Sequence record: MK327929.1
Length of the DNA stretch: 64,000 bases
Direction: 5' to 3' (one strand)
Source: Escherichia phage D5505
Each line of letters opens with the position of its first letter. The stretch's first letter is position 1. Made by a program: the position numbers and the translations under genes. The notes beneath the pieces were generated by a model, which saw nothing but the letters and a program-made list of their open reading frames with translations, was not told where the DNA came from and did not search any database. Below, one piece after another: positions 1-10,679 of the stretch.

Positions 1-2178
1 TTAGGCCGCAAGGGCCTTCATAGTTTTAGCGATTTGGGAAACTTCATCATCACTCAAAGAGTTGCGATAACCGATGAAGTCGGAAACAATACGGAATTTC
101 TTGGTAAACTCAGCAACCATTTTATCACTGTTTTTTGAAGCATTATTTGATAATACATCAAAAAGATTAGTTACTGTCCAGATGTCATGACCGATGGTAT
201 CTTTTCCACCATTGAAATATACGCCCCGTAATGAACTAACTATATTAGCGAGTCGTGTATATTCTTCAGAAACATCATCTGTACTGAAATACTTCATCAT
301 AAAATCTAGTTCAGGATACTTGATAATTTTATCAATATATCGTTGAGCTGAACTTGAATAACCTACATACTTATCATAATCTACATCATCAAAAGCATCT
401 ACATATAAATCACGCAAAGCTTCAAAAATACATTGGCACTGACCGAGTTCTTTTACCTTTTTCTGTAAAAGCGGACGAATAACATAAAATTCATTAATGC
501 CAATAAGATTAGCCATACGAATCAAAATATTCATAGATGGATGACAAAGAGATGTAGTACCATCCATAGAGAAAATATCAGAACGATGCATATACGCTAC
601 ATAACCAGTAATTTCATCTGCTTCTGACGTAAGTGTAAATAGTTCCTCTTTTTCCCAGCGCCCGTCTTTAATTTCAAACTTAAATGCTGTAGCAGCTTTA
701 GGACGAGGAGCTTTACTTTTAACTACCTTTGGAATATAGCTTTTAACTAAAGCTTCAATTTCTGACAAATAATGAATGTTAACTTCATCACTTTCAAACA
801 TCGCCATAATATCAGGAAGTAAATCAATCTGCGATTCTACTTCTGGGTTAATAAACAGAAGGCGTTCGTTATGATGAATATTTAAAGTGTTATTAAATTC
901 ACTATCATCTAACGCGTGTGCTAATCCACGGACAATATTAACACGATTTTTAATATTATCAATAACGATATTAATTTTTGTTGTATTAATACCAAACAGA
1001 CGATAACTTGATGCAACGGCTGAAGTTTCATGACTTTGCTTAATGCGTTTCAGTCGAGGGTCAAGATTTACTTCATACACAACTCCTGCATTACATAACT
1101 TATTGTCAGGTTCAAACATGCTCTGCATCTTTTTATATGACAGATTTTTAGTCGTGAATTTGACTGAATTACTAATCATATAATCTCGAGCAGAATATCC
1201 CATCTTCATCAATTCACGATATGTGTGACGAGGAGATGTAGATTCTTTAAATCGTTTTACATCTTCATTAAATGCTTTCTCACTGAGTTCTTTAACTCGT
1301 TCAATAATATTTTTACGAGTACGATCATCTAGTGAAAGAGCTTCGCGTGATGGAGCAATATCAAGCGAACCCATTGGAAACTTAATGTAATTCACTTCAT
1401 TACGAATGCTTAGCCAGTTACGGTCTTTAATAACACCATCGATAGGATAAACAATACCGCCATAGATAGCATATAATCCACCACGATCAGGCCAGTATCT
1501 TTCTGGATTTATGCCGTAATAATCATCAAAATCCGGAAAATAATCAATTTCGCGGTCAAGACCATTAATGATAGCCAAATCTTTGAATGGTCGCATGATA
1601 TAAGAAACTTCATAAGCAAAGTTTCTAAAGTCTTTTTCTTCAACTGGAACTACGATTTCAATACCAGTTTTATCATCTGGACCCATTTCTTTTACGAATG
1701 TAGGTTTAATCTGTGGACCATCACCATCCATGTAAGCTACATAACCACGAATTTCACCTTTATGATACGAAGTAATACTAAACGTATCAGTATAACTAAA
1801 CGGAGATTTAGAACCTAAACCAAATCCGCCAATAAAGTCATTAGATTCAGCTTTAGATGAACTGAAGTATGAATTATACAACCCAGGAGAATTATCATCA
1901 CCTTGAATATCAAAATCACTCATACCCGGACCAAAATCTCGACAAACAAATCGTGGGTCTAAACGTCCAGGAACTTGTATGATAAATTTTTCAGGATTTC
2001 CATTGAGAGCATGGGCATCAATCATGTTAGTAATCAATTCACGAACTACTGCGCGAATCTTGTTTGTATACAAATCAGATGACAGAATTTTAAATACTTT
2101 AGGATTTGCTGCGATGCTAAATGCTTTTGATTTAGAACCATTGCCAAGAATTGTTTCTTTTTCAGTGGTGATAATCAT
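1..2178 (-). CDS. rIIA: rIIA protein (membrane-associated, rapid-lysis/Rex-sensitivity locus)
   Basis: 725-aa ORF, same length as T4 rIIA, sequence recognisable; ATG at 2176-2178, TAA at 1-3; directly downstream of gene 39 as in T4. Confidence 0.9.
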   Translation of the reverse strand: MIITTEKETILGNGSKSKAFSIAANPKVFKILSSDLYTNKIRAVVRELITNMIDAHALNGNPEKFIIQVPGRLDPRFVCRDFGPGMSDFDIQGDDNSPGLYNSYFSSSKAESNDFIGGFGLGSKSPFSYTDTFSITSYHKGEIRGYVAYMDGDGPQIKPTFVKEMGPDDKTGIEIVVPVEEKDFRNFAYEVSYIMRPFKDLAIINGLDREIDYFPDFDDYYGINPERYWPDRGGLYAIYGGIVYPIDGVIKDRNWLSIRNEVNYIKFPMGSLDIAPSREALSLDDRTRKNIIERVKELSEKAFNEDVKRFKESTSPRHTYRELMKMGYSARDYMISNSVKFTTKNLSYKKMQSMFEPDNKLCNAGVVYEVNLDPRLKRIKQSHETSAVASSYRLFGINTTKINIVIDNIKNRVNIVRGLAHALDDSEFNNTLNIHHNERLLFINPEVESQIDLLPDIMAMFESDEVNIHYLSEIEALVKSYIPKVVKSKAPRPKAATAFKFEIKDGRWEKEELFTLTSEADEITGYVAYMHRSDIFSMDGTTSLCHPSMNILIRMANLIGINEFYVIRPLLQKKVKELGQCQCIFEALRDLYVDAFDDVDYDKYVGYSSSAQRYIDKIIKYPELDFMMKYFSTDDVSEEYTRLANIVSSLRGVYFNGGKDTIGHDIWTVTNLFDVLSNNASKNSDKMVAEFTKKFRIVSDFIGYRNSLSDDEVSQIAKTMKALAA

Positions 2179-2188
2179 AATTTCCTCA

Positions 2189-2392
2189 TTAATTCATATT
2201 ACGTTTAATAACTTCAGCAACTTCTAGCAGTTCATCTTTAGTTGCGGTGTCGGATTGAATTTTATCTCTAATATCTTTAAAGCGGTTTTTAAATTCTTCG
2301 GCTTCTCCCATATCGAAAAAGCGTTGAATGATTCTATATTCTCGATGAACTGCTTTATCAAAAAGTTCTAAATTTACTTTATATGATTTCAT
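2189..2392 (-). CDS. hypothetical protein at T4 rIIA.1 position
   Basis: 67-aa ORF between 39 and rIIA; promoter and GAGGA SD immediately upstream. Confidence 0.6.
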   Translation of the reverse strand: MKSYKVNLELFDKAVHREYRIIQRFFDMGEAEEFKNRFKDIRDKIQSDTATKDELLEVAEVIKRNMN

Positions 2393-2417
2393 TTCAATAT
2401 CCTCATTTGCCCAATTA

Positions 2418-2447
2418 ATTATACCACATCCTTGTGGTAAAGTAAAC
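2418..2447 (-). promoter_or_regulatory. T4-early-type sigma70 promoter (-35 GTTTAC, 18-nt spacer, -10 TATAAT)
   Basis: minus strand reads GTTTAC..18 nt..TATAAT; overlaps gene 39 stop; 32-bp identical copy at 47025-47056. Confidence 0.55.
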
Positions 2448-4267
2448 TACTGGCTCATCCATTCTTTACGAAGGTCAGCATTATCTCCCATGAGCATTTC
2501 AAAAAGCTCTTTCCAGTTCTCAGGAAGTTTAACAACATCATATACTGGGTTTTGAATCATCTCACGATATTCAGATTTTTCCAAAGAGCCAAGTCCTTTA
2601 ATATAACGGATGCTATGTTTAGGTAGAGCATCTTTGGCACTCTCATATTCAGCGACTGTATAAAACCATTCTTGTTTTTTACCAATCTGAGCGATGATTA
2701 CAGGAGTTTTGACAAAACGAATTCGTCCTTGCTCAAACAATTCTGGCCAATTACTAAAAAATCCAAGCAGAGAAGGATAAATGCTTCCTAGACCATCATG
2801 GTCAGCATCAGTCATAATAGCAATATTATGATAATTCAAGTTTTCAGCTTTTTCACCGAGAACTAATCCAGTGATTGCGCAAATATCAAACAGTTCTTTG
2901 TTTTTAAGCATGTCAGCATATGACATACCCCAACTGTTGAGAACTTTACCACGTAATGGATAACCACCGTGAAGTTCTTTATCACGAACATCAATAAGAT
3001 ATCCGATAGCCGAATCACCCTCAGTCAAGAAAAGAGTAGTATCAGCATCTTTACCACAAAGATTCGCTTTAATATGTTTATGAACCTTAGCTTTAGAAGC
3101 CTTTTTAGCTGCTTTAGTTTCTGCTGCTTTTTCTGCCGCTAATTTACGAGCCAAAGCAGCTTCAATAATCGGCATTAGAATTGCTTCATTATTTAGAATA
3201 GCACGTGAAATCTTTTTAGCATCAAGTTGAATATGACTACGGATTTCACCAAATGGAGAAGTCAAACGCTCTTTAGTTTGAGAATCAAATCGCATGTTTT
3301 TCATATCACGGACAAACATAACGATAGTCAAACATTCTTTAACGCGTGCTTTAGTCACATCAATTTTGAACTTACGTTTGATTTGTGGAATAAGGTCTTC
3401 ACAAATATCATCCATAACACAGTCAATGTGATGGCCACCATTCTTAGTGTGAATGTTATTCACATAAGTTAATTGACGAAAACCATCCGGTGAACGACCA
3501 ACCGCAATAGAGCAATTTTCTTGTTCTTGAACGATAGCATGCTCATCATATTGGCGTGCATATTTCTTAAAATTGCCCTGAACCTTTTTACCATTAAAGG
3601 TAAATTGAATATCAGGATAAACTACTGCAAGTGTCTGGAGACGATCTAGTGTAATGTCAAGATAAACTTGGGACAGCTCATTAGTTTCAAATGACATAAA
3701 ATCAGGAATGAAAGTAACGCGAGTTCCTTTCCATTTTCCTGGAATAGTTTCCCATGATTTATTTTCCATGCCATTTGAACAACGAACTACAATATTATTT
3801 TGACCATCACCAGTTTCACCGACAAACATCACAGAAAAAATGTTTGTCAAACTAGAACCAACACCATTCATACCACCGGTGACGCGTTCTTTATCATCAC
3901 CGAAGTTACCACCTGCTTTTGGAATAGTCCAGGCAGCAACAGGACCAGGAATTTCTTCACCAGTAGGTGTTTTGACCATCGCTTGTGGAATACCGCGACC
4001 GTTATCTTCAACTGTTACTTGATTGTTTTTAATAGTAACATTAATTTTATTTGCGAATTTAAACTTAGTACGAATACCTTCATCTACTGAGTTATCGATA
4101 ATTTCATCAATAAGCTTAACAAGACCAGGTACATACTGAACACTTTCCCATTTACCAAACAGAAAGCGCTCATGCATTTCATTAGCAGAAGAGCCAATAT
4201 ACATGCCGCTACGCTTTTTGATATGTTCAATATCGCTCAGAATTTTAATTTCATTCTTAATCATCAC
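2447..4267 (-). CDS. 39: DNA topoisomerase II large subunit, continuous gp39 (T4 gp39 plus gp60 equivalent in one ORF)
   Basis: 606-aa uninterrupted ORF, sequence recognisable as T-even gp39; T4 splits this into 39 and 60. Confidence 0.9.
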   Translation of the reverse strand: MMIKNEIKILSDIEHIKKRSGMYIGSSANEMHERFLFGKWESVQYVPGLVKLIDEIIDNSVDEGIRTKFKFANKINVTIKNNQVTVEDNGRGIPQAMVKTPTGEEIPGPVAAWTIPKAGGNFGDDKERVTGGMNGVGSSLTNIFSVMFVGETGDGQNNIVVRCSNGMENKSWETIPGKWKGTRVTFIPDFMSFETNELSQVYLDITLDRLQTLAVVYPDIQFTFNGKKVQGNFKKYARQYDEHAIVQEQENCSIAVGRSPDGFRQLTYVNNIHTKNGGHHIDCVMDDICEDLIPQIKRKFKIDVTKARVKECLTIVMFVRDMKNMRFDSQTKERLTSPFGEIRSHIQLDAKKISRAILNNEAILMPIIEAALARKLAAEKAAETKAAKKASKAKVHKHIKANLCGKDADTTLFLTEGDSAIGYLIDVRDKELHGGYPLRGKVLNSWGMSYADMLKNKELFDICAITGLVLGEKAENLNYHNIAIMTDADHDGLGSIYPSLLGFFSNWPELFEQGRIRFVKTPVIIAQIGKKQEWFYTVAEYESAKDALPKHSIRYIKGLGSLEKSEYREMIQNPVYDVVKLPENWKELFEMLMGDNADLRKEWMSQ

Positions 4268-4318
4268 TTATCCTCGTTTGGTTTCGGGAATATTATACTC
4301 CGGTAATCATAAAGCTAA

Positions 4319-4332
4319 AGGCCCGAAGGCCT
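4319..4332 (-). terminator. GC hairpin with CGAA/UUCG tetraloop (aggcc-cgaa-ggcct), terminator-like
   Basis: perfect palindrome just downstream of the 4334..4603 stop; T-rich on plus side, moderately T-rich on minus side. Confidence 0.4.
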
Positions 4333-4333
4333 T

Positions 4334-4603
4334 TTATTTAAAACGAATAGTCGAATCCTTGAAGAATAGTCCAGAACATACTGTTCCTTCTACTTTCTGC
4401 CCAGTAGGTCCAATAGCACGAAATCCAGTATGCTGGAAATCATTTTCAGAGCAACCGAACCAATTATATCCAGTGATTTCAATATTAGTAAAACCACTTG
4501 AAGACAAAACTTTGGTTGCATTATCAGCATCAGTACATCCTATTAAAGACACTGCTAATACTAATGCTGCGATAGAACGATTAATATATTTCATAATTTT
4601 CAC
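4334..4603 (-). CDS. putative lipoprotein (signal peptide with LIGC lipobox)
   Basis: 89-aa ORF, N-terminal hydrophobic segment ending in Cys (AVSLIGC). Confidence 0.6.
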   Translation of the reverse strand: MKIMKYINRSIAALVLAVSLIGCTDADNATKVLSSSGFTNIEITGYNWFGCSENDFQHTGFRAIGPTGQKVEGTVCSGLFFKDSTIRFK

Positions 4604-4971
4604 TTAAATTTAATGGCTTGAAGAAGACTAATAATTCTCAAGCGACTTCCTTCATCTTTAACTGTAAAAGAAAGAGGGTCACCAGATTTCATAGTGATAG
4701 TGCATTCAAAAGCAAAACCTTCGGGAACTTCTTCGAAGAAGTCAAATTCTTCATCATAAATTAGAACATTACTCTGAAAACTGTGAAGAATTTTTCCGTC
4801 ATTTCCAGATGCTGTACTAATCATTGTAACATTATTACCTTTCATATCTTCAACGATAAATTCGCTTGTAGATATTACAGCATTAATAGAACCATTCCTA
4901 TAAATAGCAGAAAATAGATATTTCTTTTCTTCACCTTCGCGAATGCGATATTTCTTACCGATTTTAAACAT
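4600..4971 (-). CDS. hypothetical protein
   Basis: 123-aa ORF tiling the 39-goF interval; 4-nt overlap with downstream gene. Confidence 0.55.
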   Translation of the reverse strand: MFKIGKKYRIREGEEKKYLFSAIYRNGSINAVISTSEFIVEDMKGNNVTMISTASGNDGKILHSFQSNVLIYDEEFDFFEEVPEGFAFECTITMKSGDPLSFTVKDEGSRLRIISLLQAIKFK

Positions 4972-4973
4972 AA

Positions 4974-5150
4974 TTACCCTTTAAGTAAGTCGTAAAATCC
5001 GCCATTCACATGCTTAGGGGCAGAGACTAACCGAATAGCAATCCGATGACAATCAGGACATACATCAGTATCTCTTTCAGAAATTTTCTTGATTTTTTCG
5101 TATTCTTTTGCGCAGTCTTTTGATTGACATTTATAATCATAAAGCGGCAT
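4974..5150 (-). CDS. small zinc-ribbon protein (FmdB-like CxxC...CPxC), about 58 aa, absent from ORF track
   Basis: hand translation MPLYDYKCQSKDCAKEYEKIKKISERDTDVCPDCHRIAIRLVSAPKHVNGGFYDLLKG; AAGGA SD 6 nt upstream; fills an otherwise empty gap; coordinates approximate. Confidence 0.45.
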   Translation of the reverse strand: MPLYDYKCQSKDCAKEYEKIKKISERDTDVCPDCHRIAIRLVSAPKHVNGGFYDLLKG

Positions 5151-5152
5151 AA

Positions 5153-5566
5153 TTATTCCTTAAAGTGAGCTTTCAACATCTGATACAAGGACCATGCCTG
5201 TTCATCATTTTCAATAGTAACTTTCATTACAGGGAATTTAGATTGATCAGTTATCGGTGCAGATTCTTCCTGCTCTTCAGCTGCCTGGTATGGATTTTCA
5301 ACTTCATTAAAGAATTCAGCTTCATTCGATGAAAGCCAAATAAAATCTTCATCCAAAATATCTTTACCAGAAGATAGTACTAAATTTCCAGCAAATGACA
5401 TAATTTTAATAGGACGCCCAAGAGCATCCACATCTAAAATTTTAAAAGGATGCATACCTAAACGGCGTGCATAGATTCCGTTATCAGTATGGTCTTTAAT
5501 AAAATTTTCTTGAGCTTGTTTATTTTTAAATTGATACCATTTATTAACTTCAAATTTAATAGCCAT
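5153..5566 (-). CDS. hypothetical protein at T4 goF position
   Basis: 137-aa ORF; position matches goF by synteny (T4 goF about 141 aa); identity not confirmed. Confidence 0.5.
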   Translation of the reverse strand: MAIKFEVNKWYQFKNKQAQENFIKDHTDNGIYARRLGMHPFKILDVDALGRPIKIMSFAGNLVLSSGKDILDEDFIWLSSNEAEFFNEVENPYQAAEEQEESAPITDQSKFPVMKVTIENDEQAWSLYQMLKAHFKE

Positions 5567-5781
5567 TAATAAATTTCCTTCCAGTAAGTTGTACCATCTT
5601 CAGTGATTTCACGAAATACACCGTAAATTGGTTGTTTATCCCCAACCTTTTCATACACATAAACCGAAGTCAAGTGAGTAAACTTAGCAGTGTGTTCCTT
5701 TTGAACTACTACCAAATCTGGATCGAATAACACATCTTCAAATTCGTCATTAGTGCAGTTCTGAACAATTTTACGTTTCAT
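5566..5781 (-). CDS. hypothetical protein at T4 cef position
   Basis: 71-aa ORF, same length as T4 Cef, syntenic; identity not confirmed. Confidence 0.5.
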   Translation of the reverse strand: MKRKIVQNCTNDEFEDVLFDPDLVVVQKEHTAKFTHLTSVYVYEKVGDKQPIYGVFREITEDGTTYWKEIY

Positions 5782-5880
5782 TACAATTTCCTCGTTAATT
5801 GAACATTGGAGCGGTGCGTTTCAGAAGAGTAGCAGCACCTTTGGCAAATTTTCCATTTTATTCTCCAAATTATTTTCTAT

Positions 5881-5923
5881 ATCAGTAGTTGATATTGATA
5901 TAGTACCATAATCAACTACTGAT
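5881..5923. repeat. perfect 13-bp inverted repeat (atcagtagttgat / atcaactactgat) with 17-nt loop
   Basis: read directly; loop carries the GGTACTATA promoter-core motif seen at 24781, 49997, 51919, 55506; lies between motB and the cef-position ORF. Confidence 0.7.
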
Positions 5924-5953
5924 GTATATAGTTTTATGAAAAAATTTTAAACT

Positions 5954-6445
5954 TTATGCATAGCGAGCTTTGCTGTAGTGTTTAATCCAACTTTCAGGAA
6001 TGACTTTGTATGTTCCTAAAAATACCGCGTTGTATAACTTAACGCCATCTTCTACCCATTGATCAGTAATGTATGCACACATAGCGCGAGTACGCCGAGG
6101 AAGTGGTTGTCCACCTTCGATAAATTCAAACTCATAAGGAGCAATGAACTTAATAGCTTGACCGAGTTTCCACTTAAAGTCTACACCTACATGCGAAGTA
6201 TCAATCGTTTCAATTCCTTTAGCGGGAACAGCTTTCAAAAACGCAGATTCAAGAAATTTCGCGCGAACATAACCAAACTGAGGTTTAGACTTTCCATCTT
6301 TAGGAATGATACGCACTTTTACTTCAGAATCTTCATCTTTAACGCCATGTTTAAGCTGAATGCTTACAATTTCGACCAATTTTCCTGCTGCTTTAGAACG
6401 GGATTTATCAGATACACGAGCAATTTCACCAATATTAATAATCAT
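5954..6445 (-). CDS. motB: MotB-like DNA-binding protein
   Basis: 163-aa ORF at T4 motB position (T4 MotB about 162 aa); assignment by synteny and length. Confidence 0.55.
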   Translation of the reverse strand: MIINIGEIARVSDKSRSKAAGKLVEIVSIQLKHGVKDEDSEVKVRIIPKDGKSKPQFGYVRAKFLESAFLKAVPAKGIETIDTSHVGVDFKWKLGQAIKFIAPYEFEFIEGGQPLPRRTRAMCAYITDQWVEDGVKLYNAVFLGTYKVIPESWIKHYSKARYA

Positions 6446-6521
6446 AGTTATCTCTCACTTGTTAAAAAGATTTTATACTCCACAGGACCATTATACTCTG
6501 GTCCCAAGAGTTTGTAAACTA

Positions 6522-7067
6522 TTAATTCAAAATAGCTACCACCGCACTACGAGGTACTACACTAAAATCTCCTGCATGGACAACGTTCAGAAGCTCAACA
6601 CCATCTTCAATCCACTGGTCTGTTACCCAACCACAGATAGGATTATCAAAAGGACGACGGATAGACACAGCAGCACACAATAGGTCTGTAGGGTCTTGTT
6701 CTTCAACTTCTTGGAACAGGATGAACTCATCTTCATAAACCAGGTTTTTCTTTATTTTGTTATTATCTAACCGGCGACCGTGGATGACGTAAGATTTGTC
6801 AAACCACTCACTTTTGGCAAATTCTTCAACAATAAATTCGCCTTCGCCAAAAACATCAGTCAGAGTTTTATGACCAGAAATCAAGGCATTAGTTTTAATT
6901 TTAGGTTCAACCAGTTTGTAGGTTTTGCCGATTTCAATAGCGGTAGTCATAGTAGGTTCCTTAATTTCCAGTGGTTTAACAGGGCATACATAAGTGCTTA
7001 CAACATCAAAATCAATCAGTTTAGCTACCGGATTTGGTATGTATTCAGGATTATAATTAAATTTCAT
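6522..7067 (-). CDS. MotB paralog (shares C-terminal module with 5954..6445)
   Basis: 181-aa ORF; C-terminal WVTDQWIEDGVELLNVV aligns with YITDQWVEDGVKLYNAV of the neighbour. Confidence 0.55.
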   Translation of the reverse strand: MKFNYNPEYIPNPVAKLIDFDVVSTYVCPVKPLEIKEPTMTTAIEIGKTYKLVEPKIKTNALISGHKTLTDVFGEGEFIVEEFAKSEWFDKSYVIHGRRLDNNKIKKNLVYEDEFILFQEVEEQDPTDLLCAAVSIRRPFDNPICGWVTDQWIEDGVELLNVVHAGDFSVVPRSAVVAILN

Positions 7068-7069
7068 AA

Positions 7070-7570
7070 TTATCTCATTTCAATAAAATCTACGAGTTCA
7101 GCATGCGATTTGCGGAACATTACTTGGTGCCCACCAATGATAACTTCATCTTCAGGAACTTCGTATACAGCGAGATAAAATCCTTTAGAAGATAATTCTT
7201 CCCGCTCTTCTCGTGTGAACCATCTCATCATATCATACTCACTAGCGAAAGCAAAATGATAAAGAGCTATAAACCATCCTGGAATATGATATTCTACTCC
7301 AACATAATCTTTCTTGAACTTAGTATTAATTACTATATTAGCGTTTTTAACTAATAGTTTATCTTCGTGTGGTAAAGGAATTCTTTTATTATTATCGCTA
7401 TGATGCATAAAATTAGGTCTGTCATAACCTACGTGTAATAGCCACTCTTCGCTCCATGGATCTATTATACTCCTGTACGGCGTTATTTGAACACAAAGAT
7501 TTCGACGTATTGTTATAGCATCTTCATAATCAAGAATACTAAACGATGATTCAACACGATAAATTTTCAT
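7070..7570 (-). CDS. hypothetical protein (start reassigned to internal ATG)
   Basis: ORF-track start 7609 lies inside the upstream promoter spacer; ATG at 7568-7570 has GAGGA SD; about 166 aa. Confidence 0.5.
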   Translation of the reverse strand: MKIYRVESSFSILDYEDAITIRRNLCVQITPYRSIIDPWSEEWLLHVGYDRPNFMHHSDNNKRIPLPHEDKLLVKNANIVINTKFKKDYVGVEYHIPGWFIALYHFAFASEYDMMRWFTREEREELSSKGFYLAVYEVPEDEVIIGGHQVMFRKSHAELVDFIEMR

Positions 7571-7597
7571 TTTATTATCCTCAGTAGCTATGGTGTT

Positions 7598-7627
7598 ATA
7601 ATACCACAACTAACCGAGGAAGTAAAC
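7598..7627 (-). promoter_or_regulatory. T4-early-type promoter (GTTTAC..18..TATTAT)
   Basis: minus-strand motif read directly upstream of 7070..7570. Confidence 0.45.
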
Positions 7628-7633
7628 AACTTT

Positions 7634-8317
7634 TTATCGTTTTGTTGGAAGAGATAGAGGATCGCAATCTTCCTCTGATGGAGCATCTTCAAGACCCATA
7701 GCATATCGCAAAGCGTACTTCATCATCAGGATGTCTTTCGCACAGTCATGAATAGAATCATGCGCAACGAATCCATCTAAAGTTCCTTTTGGAAGAGGAC
7801 ACGTGGTCATATCACGAACAAGCAGAAGTGCTTCAATTCTGGTACGAATATCACGCTGATTCCAGAATTTACATGGTTCTAACTTAAATGTGTCAAGTTC
7901 ATTCTCAGAAACACCATTAAGACGTTGAATATCACGAATGAGATCGACTAAAATTGGAAAATCAAACGACATTCCACGGCACCAGCCTTGAGATTTCCAA
8001 GGATCGATATTATGTGCATTGATGTAATCATTAAATTTCGCAATACCGTCGATAGTGCTTACATCTTCATCGGACGGTGCAATATTTTTTCGAGCTTCAG
8101 GAGACTGATTTTTCCACCATTCGATAGTGCTTTTAGTAAAAAGACGATGTCCTTTTTGGCTTTTTAAATCAAATTTGATTTTAATGCCGCGTGAAACTAA
8201 TTCATCAAATGTTTCAACTACTTCTGGGTTAGGGTCAAAAGCAATTACAGCTAAATCAATAACAGCTGCTTTTTCACCACTTCCCATTGTTTCAAAATCT
8301 ATAATAAAATCAAACAT
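7634..8317 (-). CDS. dexA: exonuclease A (DnaQ-like 3'-5' exonuclease)
   Basis: 227-aa ORF, same length as T4 DexA; N-terminal IIDFETMG exonuclease motif. Confidence 0.85.
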   Translation of the reverse strand: MFDFIIDFETMGSGEKAAVIDLAVIAFDPNPEVVETFDELVSRGIKIKFDLKSQKGHRLFTKSTIEWWKNQSPEARKNIAPSDEDVSTIDGIAKFNDYINAHNIDPWKSQGWCRGMSFDFPILVDLIRDIQRLNGVSENELDTFKLEPCKFWNQRDIRTRIEALLLVRDMTTCPLPKGTLDGFVAHDSIHDCAKDILMMKYALRYAMGLEDAPSEEDCDPLSLPTKR

Positions 8318-8592
8318 TAAATTTTCCTCGCTAAATCGCGAATTTGGCCTACAGTATAGTCTTGAATATAAACTTTATTAATAGGTTCATCAATAAATTT
8401 TGCCATAGATTCAATATCTTTTTGCATCTCTTCAAGACTGTATATTATCTTTAAAGCTTTTTCGCGAATAGTAATATTTTCAGGACCAGAATTTTTCTCA
8501 ATGACAGCTTTAACATTTGTCATAAGAGATTTAAACTGACACCAACTTAATTCAATCATTAATAATCGCCTTATAAAGATAGCTAATTTCAC
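8317..8592 (-). CDS. hypothetical small protein (dexA.x position)
   Basis: 91-aa ORF; start may be an internal Met; paralogous to 8552..8812. Confidence 0.45.
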   Translation of the reverse strand: MKLAIFIRRLLMIELSWCQFKSLMTNVKAVIEKNSGPENITIREKALKIIYSLEEMQKDIESMAKFIDEPINKVYIQDYTVGQIRDLARKI

Positions 8593-8812
8593 CTAAAACA
8601 TAATCACTGATTGTGACAGTTTTCACTTCACCACAAAAGAATTCTAACGCAATTAAATCTCGTTCAATTTCTTCTAATTGAAGCATCAACTTACTAGATT
8701 CAATTTTTACAGTTTCACGATTTTTACTATAAGCTATTTCATAAATTTCGCTCACTTTATCTTGAAGCAGATAAAACTGGTCTTTAGTTATTTCCACGAA
8801 TAGCTTCCTCAA
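8552..8812 (-). CDS. hypothetical small protein (dexA.x position)
   Basis: 86-aa ORF; shares LxEExxxD...V.I.DY.VG.I pattern with neighbour. Confidence 0.45.
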   Translation of the reverse strand: MRKLFVEITKDQFYLLQDKVSEIYEIAYSKNRETVKIESSKLMLQLEEIERDLIALEFFCGEVKTVTISDYVLGEISYLYKAIIND

Positions 8813-9044
8813 ATTTAATTAGTAATTTACAGACACTTTCATCTAGTGTAATTACCGTATCTGTATTACTGTGATATGATTGTTTTTCAATTCGTTTAAT
8901 TGCTAATATAGTATCACTTATAAGATAAAGCTTATGAAGGAGCTCAGCTCCTGTTACCATAACATCGAGATTATCTTGCTTATTAGTATGCTTCCTTATA
9001 CCATCTATTAGACGATTTAAATATTTTGAATTGATGTTAATCAT
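8784..9044 (-). CDS. hypothetical small protein
   Basis: 86-aa ORF between dda and the dexA.x ORFs. Confidence 0.4.
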   Translation of the reverse strand: MININSKYLNRLIDGIRKHTNKQDNLDVMVTGAELLHKLYLISDTILAIKRIEKQSYHSNTDTVITLDESVCKLLIKFEEAIRGNN

Positions 9045-9050
9045 ATATCC

Positions 9051-10370
9051 TCACACATAAAATACATCATAGCGACCACGGGTGACACCAACATAAAGAA
9101 GTTGTTGAGCCAATTCAGCATCTGCATAATGAATACAAGGCGTATAAATGAAAGCACGGTCTACAGACATACCTTGAGCTTTATGGAATGTTGATGCAGG
9201 AAGTGCTTTCACTTTACTAAACTGTGATTTAGCATCCCAAAAATCACTCCATGGAGCTTTTCCGCCTTTGTTCCAATTTTTATAAGTTTCTGCCGTTTTA
9301 CCTAAAAATAGGTTAAACTTATATAACTCTTCATCAGATGAAATTATTTTAATCTTTTCACGATAATATTCATCATCGCCGTAAGTTTCTACTGTTAAAT
9401 CCCAATGACGAATTAAGTATTCTCCAGGAACACCACGAGCTTTAACAAAGGTTGATGTATACTCTGCTTCTATAATACGAACTAATTGTCCGTTATTAAA
9501 AATAATTTCTGACACAGGCTTTCCATCAATTTTATATGTTTTAATTAATGGTTCCTGCATTACAATAATTTCACCGACAATAAAATCTTTATCAGTTTCA
9601 AAAATCTTTTTACGAATAATGCTATTTAACTTGTCAACAGATTTATTCGTAAATGCCATTACGCGATTTTCAAACAAATCATCTAGAGATTTGACGATTG
9701 AAAAATAATTTACCATAAAATCGCGTAAAGCGGTATCACCAGTAAATCCACGTACTCCATGCCCGTCAACAACTTTATCATAAATCCACTTACCGTTACG
9801 AACGTCAGTAGCTACATCAATAATAGGAGCATTACTGCGTTTAACTTCAGTGAGTTCACACTGATAAAAATCTTTATGTGTAAAGAATGGACTGATATAA
9901 GCAGTATTTTCTCCTGGATCAACAGGTCTAATTTGCTTATTATCACCTATTCCAATTATAGTACACCAAGGTGGAATAGTTGAAAGCAGAATTTTAAATA
10001 GCTTTCTATCATACATTGACACTTCGTCGCAGATTAATACCCTGCATTTAGCTAAATCTGGTACTTCCTTCTGTTCAAAAAGAACGTTTTCTTCATACGT
10101 AACTGGGTTAATTTTAAGAATACTGTGAATAGTACTCGCTTCTTTCCCCGACAGTTTTGAAAGAATCTTTTTAGCTGCATGAGTAGGAGCTGCTAAAATA
10201 ATACCAGTTTCACCCGTAGATATTAAAGCTTCAATGATGAATTTTGTAAGAGTAGTCTTACCAGTACCAGCAGGTCCATTAATAGTTACATGATGTTTCT
10301 TTTCTTTAATAGCCCTCATAACGATGTTAAAGGCATTTTTCTGGCCTTCTGTCAAATCATCAAATGTCAT
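9051..10370 (-). CDS. dda: Dda DNA helicase (SF1B)
   Basis: 439-aa ORF, same length as T4 Dda; Walker A GPAGTGKT. Confidence 0.9.
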   Translation of the reverse strand: MTFDDLTEGQKNAFNIVMRAIKEKKHHVTINGPAGTGKTTLTKFIIEALISTGETGIILAAPTHAAKKILSKLSGKEASTIHSILKINPVTYEENVLFEQKEVPDLAKCRVLICDEVSMYDRKLFKILLSTIPPWCTIIGIGDNKQIRPVDPGENTAYISPFFTHKDFYQCELTEVKRSNAPIIDVATDVRNGKWIYDKVVDGHGVRGFTGDTALRDFMVNYFSIVKSLDDLFENRVMAFTNKSVDKLNSIIRKKIFETDKDFIVGEIIVMQEPLIKTYKIDGKPVSEIIFNNGQLVRIIEAEYTSTFVKARGVPGEYLIRHWDLTVETYGDDEYYREKIKIISSDEELYKFNLFLGKTAETYKNWNKGGKAPWSDFWDAKSQFSKVKALPASTFHKAQGMSVDRAFIYTPCIHYADAELAQQLLYVGVTRGRYDVFYV

Positions 10371-10678
10371 CGGAAAGTCCCTGCAATTGGAATACTAACA
10401 ATACGCCCAGTATCTAGAATTCGTTGATATAATCTTTGTGTATCTACATCAGGCTTAACATGTTTAACTTCTATTTTATTAAACCAAAACTTGCGTGGAG
10501 TCTCAACTAGTCTTGGAATTCCCATACCTAAAGCTAGTTTATATTGGTCTTTGAGAGTAGTAAAAACTCTATCAGCAATCTCTCTTTCAAAAAACACAGC
10601 AGGACGATGTTCATCAAGTGGAACTGGCGCCGTAAATCCGTCTTTGTCTCGGTAAACTATCGCATATACATAAACCAT
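10367..10678 (-). CDS. hypothetical protein at T4 dda.1 position
   Basis: 103-aa ORF, 4-nt overlap with dda. Confidence 0.55.
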   Translation of the reverse strand: MVYVYAIVYRDKDGFTAPVPLDEHRPAVFFEREIADRVFTTLKDQYKLALGMGIPRLVETPRKFWFNKIEVKHVKPDVDTQRLYQRILDTGRIVSIPIAGTFR

Positions 10679-10679
10679 A

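Noticed and set aside
2447-4267. Gene 60-type translational bypass (50-nt hop) within topoisomerase
   Set aside because: Gene 39 reads as one continuous 606-aa ORF with no internal stop or untranslated gap, so no bypass element is present here.
1979-6683. Plus-strand ORFs lying inside minus-strand genes (e.g. 1979..2227, 3227..3472, 3800..4090, 4203..4607, 6059..6517, 6360..6683)
   Set aside because: Antisense to well-supported genes, no convincing Shine-Dalgarno, and the whole region is transcribed leftward in T-even phages; most likely chance ORFs. The same applies to the other in-gene plus-strand ORFs in the track.
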